A stretch of DNA of 43,201 bases from Catajapyx aquilonaris. Taxonomy: Eukaryota. Location: NCBI GenBank assembly GCA_000934665.2, contig JYFJ02003359.1, forward strand, positions 1 to 43,201, given 5' to 3'. The position numbers and the translations under genes were made by a program. The number at the start of each line of letters is the position of its first letter. Position 1 is the stretch's first letter. Under the pieces are notes generated by a model. It was not told the origin of the DNA. It worked only from the letters and a program-made list of their open reading frames with translations, and ran no database searches. Below, one piece after another: positions 36,317 to 43,201 of this stretch.

Positions 36317-36500
36317 CTGATTTGGTCCTGTTCTTCGTAGGGTCGCACTCACATGTACATTGGTATACTAGTCCAGTACAGTTGAAAAAGATGTAATGTT
36401 TCCCACAAAGCCAGCAACCTGTTTCACTACGGCGACTTTCTGGGGAAATGTGGCGGCATGCCCATTGCGCATGCGCTACACGATGGACCCTAACTGCTTA
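36317..36500 (-). promoter_or_regulatory. Probable promoter and non-coding first exon of the HIPP1/CDYL-like gene
   Basis: Donor CAG|GTACGT at 36317/36316, local CpG enrichment, NRF1/EWG-type TGCGCATGCG at about 36466-36475; matching 5'UTR acceptor at 29439/29438, 45 nt before the ATG. Confidence 0.5.
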
Positions 36501-36852
36501 TAGCTATTAGTGCTGACTGTCATTTTATGTCAACTCCAAACACAGTAGCGGGCACATTCAACCCGGATTACTCATACACTGCAGGAAAAGTCTCGGAAAC
36601 GAACCAGAAAGAGCAGGATGGCCCTTAAAATAAGGATGCTACGAGCGGATTAATGGTAATAATAAGCTGAATGCGATCGCGATATGATGGCATATTGTAG
36701 CTGTGATGCTACTGAAGTATTAACCAATTGCGCTCTCCAAAAGTGATGATCATAGAGAATGGAAGGTCCATGACTAGATGCGTGTATGGCTCTTCTGATT
36801 TGATGCATGTTGGCCATGTTCAGCAGCCCGCCTGATTCAAAAGAGGCAGTAG

Positions 36853-36978
36853 GGGCCGGTTTCACCAAGTCCGGTTTTGATAAAACCCCGGTTCTTTCGG
36901 AAAATCCCTGCAAATAGAATAGCGATTTTCCAAAAGAACCGGGGTTTTAACAAAAACCGGGCTTGGTGAAACCGGCCC
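36853..36978. mobile_element. Palindromic Harbinger-like MITE, copy 1
   Basis: Whole element is a hairpin (GGGCCGGTTTCACCAAG...CTTGGTGAAACCGGCCC); 3-bp TSD TAG. Confidence 0.88.
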
Positions 36979-37110
36979 TAGGTCTTTGAATGTCTTTGAT
37001 TTATTTTATGGTGCCGGCAAGGTACCAGTAAATCTTTGTCCTATCAAGAGCTAATGGTCCTATTTACATGAATAAGGCACAAAATCGCTTTCTTGATATA
37101 ATCTGTAATG

Positions 37111-37111
<1 letters not shown>

Positions 37112-37167
<56 letters not shown>
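37112..37167. repeat. (AAT)n microsatellite
   Basis: Directly visible. Confidence 0.95.
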
Positions 37168-37168
<1 letters not shown>

Positions 37169-37849
37169 GAAAACTAGTTGTAATTTGGACACTATTTTCC
37201 TGCTTCAGATAGACTGTTCAGCTCACAAAATATTAAATATGATGTAAATTTTCACTTGTAATATATTATCAATTTACCTCACACACAGAAAGCATATAGG
37301 GATGTCCATATACGATATACCACCAGCCTACGTTTATGGCAATATCAAGCAACTGTTACTCCTATCATGGCCGCCATGCGTAAGCTTTCTGTGCTTCACT
37401 TCAACTAGCAACCTCCATTGACATTTCATGCTCTATATGTGACACTCAACTCTTTGTAAACGATGCGGCAGCGCTCGAATTAAATTTACGGAGGGGATAG
37501 ATGGCAGCACAAAAGGTCACAATTATCGCGCCAAGTTTGACTGCTGTCAAGCTGTAGTTCTGAAAATGTTGTAATAAGGGTGATAATTCGGTTTTCACGT
37601 AACTTTCATACCCAGTCTTCCATTTAGTTTACCCATCGATGAATTCAGTTCAGTCTATGCGGGATGAACTAACGGGATCTGGCAAGGTCACCTCATTCTC
37701 AGCTAGTGGTCAATATTGGAATCATAATAATTATCTTGCCACCATGGCCATCACTGCATGAGCTAGAATCAATCTGTTTGCTGCCCTACAGAAAGCATAG
37801 GTGGTAGTGTTGGTCTGAGGGAACCCAAATCTCCATTTTTGTTTACATA

Positions 37850-37963
37850 TGGCCAGTTTCACCAAGCCCGGTTTTCATCTTTCGGAAAATCCTTGCAAAT
37901 ATAATATGGATTTTCCGAAAGAACCGGGGTTTTTATGAAAACCGGGCTTGGTGAAACCGGCCA
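37850..37963. mobile_element. Palindromic Harbinger-like MITE, copy 2
   Basis: Same family as 36853-36978 with a small deletion in the left arm; 3-bp TSD ATA. Confidence 0.85.
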
Positions 37964-39251
37964 ATAGTCAACGATTGCTCCCTGGACATTTCTCCCTGTA
38001 CATTTTTGACCTGTTTTAGGTCGAAGAATAAACTGCTGACTGGACACATACTGGTAAACAACCTGTAATTATGACAGGAATTATTACTTACCCCCTGCAT
38101 CCTCCCTAACAATATATTTCATGCAAAATTACTCTTTAATTTCTTCTTGATTCAGGATCAGGTGGCTAGCCCAATTCCATTTCCATCACTTTTCAGTGAT
38201 GACAGGCCTCTGTTATCTGCAGTGTTAATGATTACTATCTTATTTTGCTGTGATGTTAAAACTCGGGAACCAACAAATAATATGAAGTTGGACAAAAGGA
38301 AAAAATGGCACAAGGAAATCTGGGGATAAATTGATTAGTCCTAAACAGCAGTAGAGATGATTTTTATGACCTTCCTGAAAATATGCCCACCTTCCAACAT
38401 GGTTACCTTACCTTCAAAGCCAAATGTGTCATCATTATAATGTAGTGTGCCATCCAATAATTGCTTTCAGATGTTTTCCAGTCAATATGTGATTGCAAAA
38501 AATATATATATATTTCATTGCATATAGTCCTTCACGCCATTATAATTATATCCCATTGACACCGCCTGCAAAGAGCCTGCTGACTGACTAACCAATGTTG
38601 TGAAAGGGGAAGTTAATAACACAATAATCACTGTAGAAAGACCTAAGTACTTAACACAAGCTCAACTTTATATATTTCGCAGTATTTACAAAAATAGTGA
38701 AATCATAATATACAGATTTTAAAAACTATTTTATCAATATAATTTAGGGAAATGCAGCATCGTGTGAGAAGTAACTCAAGTACCCATTATGCATAAAGAT
38801 CATCACAATATAAGGCCTTTGGTGCTTTTTCAGATCTAAGCAGGAATATGTACTTAACAAAACAGGCACCATTTGTACAAAGCAACGGCCCTTGCACGCA
38901 TCTACGTGCTAAATACCACAACCAAGACAGAAGATGTGATGTAAAAAACATGCACTGCATGCGTAAAAATCGCCCACCACCACTGGATGTATCTACCATG
39001 ATATTATGCATTCTACAAGGTACATTATTGGACACAAAATGTCATAAAACAACTTTTTATCCATAGCTGGACACATCCATCAGCAAATGAATGGACAAGC
39101 ACACACATGGTGCCACTAATGTTGCAACTACAAATGTCAGAAGTGCAAAATGGCTTGGAATGCGGTAACATGTTTCAGCTACATACTTTTAAATACAGTT
39201 TTAAAAATATGAGATAAAATGTCTGGAATACTCAGTAATGATTTTGGGGTG

Positions 39252-41720
39252 TCACTTCTTTTTAAACAGGGCAGGTAAGTTTGTGGCTGGCTTGGACTGA
39301 AACAGCCTTGACACACGATTTTTGACATCTTCCACACCCTGGCCAGCAGCTGCTGCAGCCAAGCTTAGACTTCCAGATCTTTCAACACGTGGTACCTCCA
39401 GTCGTGCCTCCAATTCACGCACCATCCCCCGAACAAATTCTTCCTGGCCTGGCAACACCTCTTCCACATCAGTCTGCAGACATCTGCCAAAGAGAAATCC
39501 CATATCCCATTTATAAATTTGATCTAATCACTAGGGTTATACAAATTTTCCATATATGAGTTAGGTAAGTTTCAGTTACATTCAGGATTCACTTTCGACA
39601 ACTCTTGCTGTATAATGACCTTGTAATGTGCAAGGAATTAATCAATGGTGATTAAAGTGTGTACACAGATGTCTAAAATCTTGGGTATTCCAGGTTGTAA
39701 TAGGTGCAGAAATTTACATTAGAGTTGACAGCTGGATAGTCGACTCCTGATATAACAGACTTCAAGGGACAGCAGAAATCAGTCTGTCATAACCGAACCA
39801 TTGCTAATATTACATTGCACATACTTCAATGCTGGAAGAACACATTCCAATATGTGTTGCTTGTTGAGTGGTGTGTACATCAAAGCACTATATACATCTA
39901 ATAGTGCCAATGCAACATCACTGCGCCGAGTGCGACTTGCACAGTTGTTATTGCTTGCAGCCATGGTGGCCAGACGCAGAAGGATGACTGAAAGATGGAA
40001 TGATGTCACATCCTCAACGTCTACATTGTATAACTTCCTACCTCCAAACTGACAAGACCAGATCCCCAAGATATGCAGTGTGGTTCAAGTATTCAGTTTC
40101 TTATAGTTTTCAGAACTGTCACCCGAAGCTATTATTTTTGTGCCACTTTTTGCACCTTGAGAGAAGTATACCCAATTATTCCTAAGTGTGGTCGAAAATA
40201 GCAGCTTGTGATATAATGGAAATAATTGGGCACCTGGACAGGGGTGCAAAATGCTACACAAAAATAACAGCTTCTGGTTCAAGTGCTGATAAGTAAAATG
40301 AACTCAATTCTTGGAACACCTCCCACCCACACCTTATCTGAATCCCACCCCTCTAGATCACTCACCAGATAACTTAAGGCGTGATGTCATGTGTTACTGA
40401 TGTGATAATTTCAGACATACAACTGTGTAAAAATACTACCCTGTTAGAGTCAATATTCATTAATGACAATTACAGTCCCTTAGATAAATTTTTGCAAAAG
40501 ATAGATCCAATTAGAGCCAAGACAATGTTCAAACTTCACACCCTCATATCTCAAAATCAGTTGAGTGTCACTCTGATCATTTTGCATTTCAAGTCTTTAA
40601 TTCTTTTTGAATATTGCAGTACATATCAAATCTAACATGACTCCATTATTAAAATCAAGAATCAATTAAACACTGCTTTTCAGCCTTTCTTGATACCCAT
40701 TATACAACAGGAAAGTCTAGCCTGGAACAAAAGGTGCGTCCAGGGTGCATATGAGTTGTATACCAGCAGTTATGTTCACTTCTGGGACACCAAAAAAAGT
40801 TGATAGCTTCAACTACCCAATAACTAAGACATTCAAAAACCAGACACATTGGAAGTGAAACTCCTCCATTACATTTGTGGAAGTCAACTTACTTTCAGTA
40901 CTGGAGTACTGAAAGGTGCAAACCATAGTTTGACCAAGTATTCTACATCAACTGGCAAGTGTATCCCAATCTACCCCTCTCATTTGGGTTTATGCCTCTA
41001 TAGTAGAAAATATCAACCACACTAAAGATTTAAAAAATTCCTAACTTATCACTTCCAAGCTACTTACAGTCATCACAAAACCTTGGGTCACCAATGGCTA
41101 GTCTTCCTAGGGTGTGGATCAATGCCAGCTGCATTCCATACTGATCTTTGTAAATCGGATCATCCACAAACATCTGAAGTTGCAGGTATGCCTTGTCCCG
41201 AACCTAAGAATTAAAAAAAGTCAACAGTCATAATTGTCTATTAAATGAATACTTGCCTCTTTCCGGGTGCACTTCCATGAAATGAGACCAAAAGTGGACA
41301 CTGTAGAAACTCGAACAGATCTGAAAAGAACAACAATGGTTACATTCCATTCAGCATAGGCATAGTTTTGGTACATACATGTCAGGATCATTGGCGAGAG
41401 TAACAAGTGCTGGAAGAACCTTCAAGGCAAGATAGTCCTCTGACACATGCTGACTGGCTATACCAAGCATTTCAGCCACTGATTCACGCACCTGGACTGA
41501 AGTGTGTACAACACCTGGAAAAAATGTATGTCAGCTACTCCTACAGCAGTGCATTTTCACACATACCTTCCCATAGCATAGTCAACAGTGGTTCTTGATA
41601 ACTGACATCAGCAATTAATTCTTGAATACAGAATCCAACACTATCCAGTGGAAGTCGGTACAATGATAGTGTCCAAAGAATTTTCTTCAGGGTCTGAACA
41701 GCTTCTTGGATATTTTCAGG
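39252..41720 (-). CDS. RELCH: RAB11-binding LisH/coiled-coil/HEAT-repeat protein RELCH (KIAA1468), last six exons; 5' part not identified in this window
   Basis: Exons 41720-41567, 41514-41379, 41320-41257, 41203-41068, 39987-39825, 39483-39252 splice in phase (885 nt). Peptides LLTMLWEGVVHTS..VR, PALVTLANDP..SVR, FVDDPIYKDQ, PRF, YSAL, LPAL.CLQTD and C-terminal LFKKK match the recalled KIAA1468 C-terminus. Confidence 0.9.
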
Positions 41721-41753
41721 CTGAAGAGAAATACATTGCAAAACAAGTGTGAC

Positions 41754-41809
41754 CAGGGATGGAAAAAGAACCGCTTCTTTGGGAGGAAGCGGTTCTTTTT
41801 CCATCCCTG
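41754..41809. mobile_element. 56-bp minimal hAT-like MITE (perfect hairpin)
   Basis: Perfect 24-bp TIRs CAGGGATGGAAAAAGAACCGCTTC with an 8-nt spacer; perfect 8-bp TSD AGTGTGAC at 41746-41753 and 41810-41817. Confidence 0.88.
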
Positions 41810-43201
41810 AGTGTGACAATGTTACCAACAACAAGTGAACCATGTCATCAGAAGCAAACTGATGACATTTTACAGCTCAGGTCACTTGGGTGAATATTAG
41901 TTGAAACCTGTCACAAAGAAATTCGCCACCCCTCCACTTGCATTCCTAGCACAAACTGTGGCGGCCAAGTGTGATACAATGTAAATTCTATTTCACAAAC
42001 ATCCAAGTCTAAAAATTGCATATAAAATTTCCCTATAATGAATAAAAATTCCCTGTCTGCTGCATATAATGAATGTATTTGAGCTCAAAGAAGGCTAAGT
42101 AGTGTGTGTGGTGGAGGGTTGGCAGGGGGCAAGTCTATATGCTCAAGGCCAACCAATTATTATTGATGCAAAATGGAACAGTCTTTCCCCCCTCATTCCC
42201 TTGGTTTGTATGTGTGATTGCCCTTACATACATGCAGTTTTCAACAGGATGGCCAGGATCAAAGGGGAGTTTGGCATAGCCTGTTGGGAAACATATGGAA
42301 GCTTACAAATACAACATATTTCTGACTAGCATCCCTCTCCTCTGCTGGAATCCCAGCAATTCTTGGAACCATTCAACACATGCAGCATGAATCCTTGGAA
42401 GGAAGCCAAGTTTCCAAGAAGTGAGGGATGGTATGTGACTGATGTGGCAGGATGAAAGGAGTTTCTGCTGCATTCAAGCGAATCAGGAGTGTTCCCCCCA
42501 CTCACCTCAGAACCCTTGCACTGGTCAAAGCAAATGGTTACAGGTACAGCGTACTGCTGGAAAATAAAACTACCTTAGGGGGTACAGGCAGCACCAAATG
42601 CCGACATGGGTGGACACAGGTTGTTGGTTTGATTAATGCATGTTTCCACCTGTGCCCGGACGTTTTTTTTTCCAACAGTGTACCAAGCAGTGACAGTGAA
42701 GTGATATAGACCAAATTCCCATTATCAGGATTGGCTTAGCAGACACTACTGCCATTCAATGTGGGAAGGATCCCATGAACCATGTGATCCTGCCACTTCA
42801 GTTCAGCCCTGCTAGAAAAACAGTAGCAATGGTGCTGCTCTATCATTGTCATCTGCTCTCATAGAAGTGGCTAGCATGCTGTCAGGATTGGTGGCACTGG
42901 ATTTCTGCCAAGTAAGTGCAGGCTAATGGCCACACCCGTTCTGATATAGGCCAGCATAGTGATTAGAGCTAACCATGTTGATCAGCACACTCCTCCCCAG
43001 GTCTCATTTCCCTACTTCTCAGCCTCCTCCTGTCCCATCCTACTTCTACCAACTATAAAGCTGATACTATGATGAGGTCTAATTCATCTGTGCTTACTTC
43101 CAAAAATGGGGAAGTAGCCTTCATTTTGGAAACTACATAATAAATTCGCCCATATTTTTTGGATTTTTTTGGCATATTCCATTTTAAGATATCAGTTTCC
43201 G

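Noticed and set aside
37660..37820. C/D-box snoRNA candidate (GGATGA ... CTGA)
   Set aside because: Box C imperfect, no terminal stem or recognisable rRNA guide; would need an Rfam/snoscan hit.
41721..41843. N-terminal part of ORF 41541-41843 (MVHLL...MEKEPLPPKE) as RELCH coding sequence
   Set aside because: It is read through intron and MITE sequence; a strong acceptor at 41721 better explains the exon start.
42100..43060. Possible LINE endonuclease remnant in the RELCH intron
   Set aside because: Only faint motif fragments, not in convincing order; not supportable without a search.

Overview
Eukaryotic (animal, most likely arthropod/hexapod) genomic DNA; no prokaryotic features and no CRISPR array. 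Four protein-coding genes are supported. (1) A multi-exon luciferase-like/4-coumarate-CoA-ligase-like acyl-CoA synthetase on + (891-3784; first exon not located). (2) An intronless GPR45/GPR63 (PSP24)-family class A GPCR on - (3788-4822). Its stop codon lies 3 bp from the synthetase stop, and its extracellular face (ECL2, ECL3, TM3-ECL2 disulfide) is strikingly eroded while the intracellular family motifs are kept. (3) A chromodomain-less CDYL/HIPP1-like crotonase-fold gene on - (CDS 29393-15695, 6 coding exons, 1187 aa by my splicing) with a probable CpG-rich promoter near 36.3-36.5 kb. (4) The last six exons of RELCH/KIAA1468 on - (41720-39252), including a GC-AG intron. Introns and intergenic DNA are packed with transposons: at least four tRNA-derived SINE families (most copies with clear TSDs), many MITEs (hAT-, Harbinger- and Tc1/mariner-type, including a 56-bp perfect hairpin element beside a RELCH splice acceptor), a mariner transposase remnant and a decayed LINE. 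A 392-bp tandem duplication across an N is probably an assembly artefact. Homology calls rest on motif recall, not database searches.
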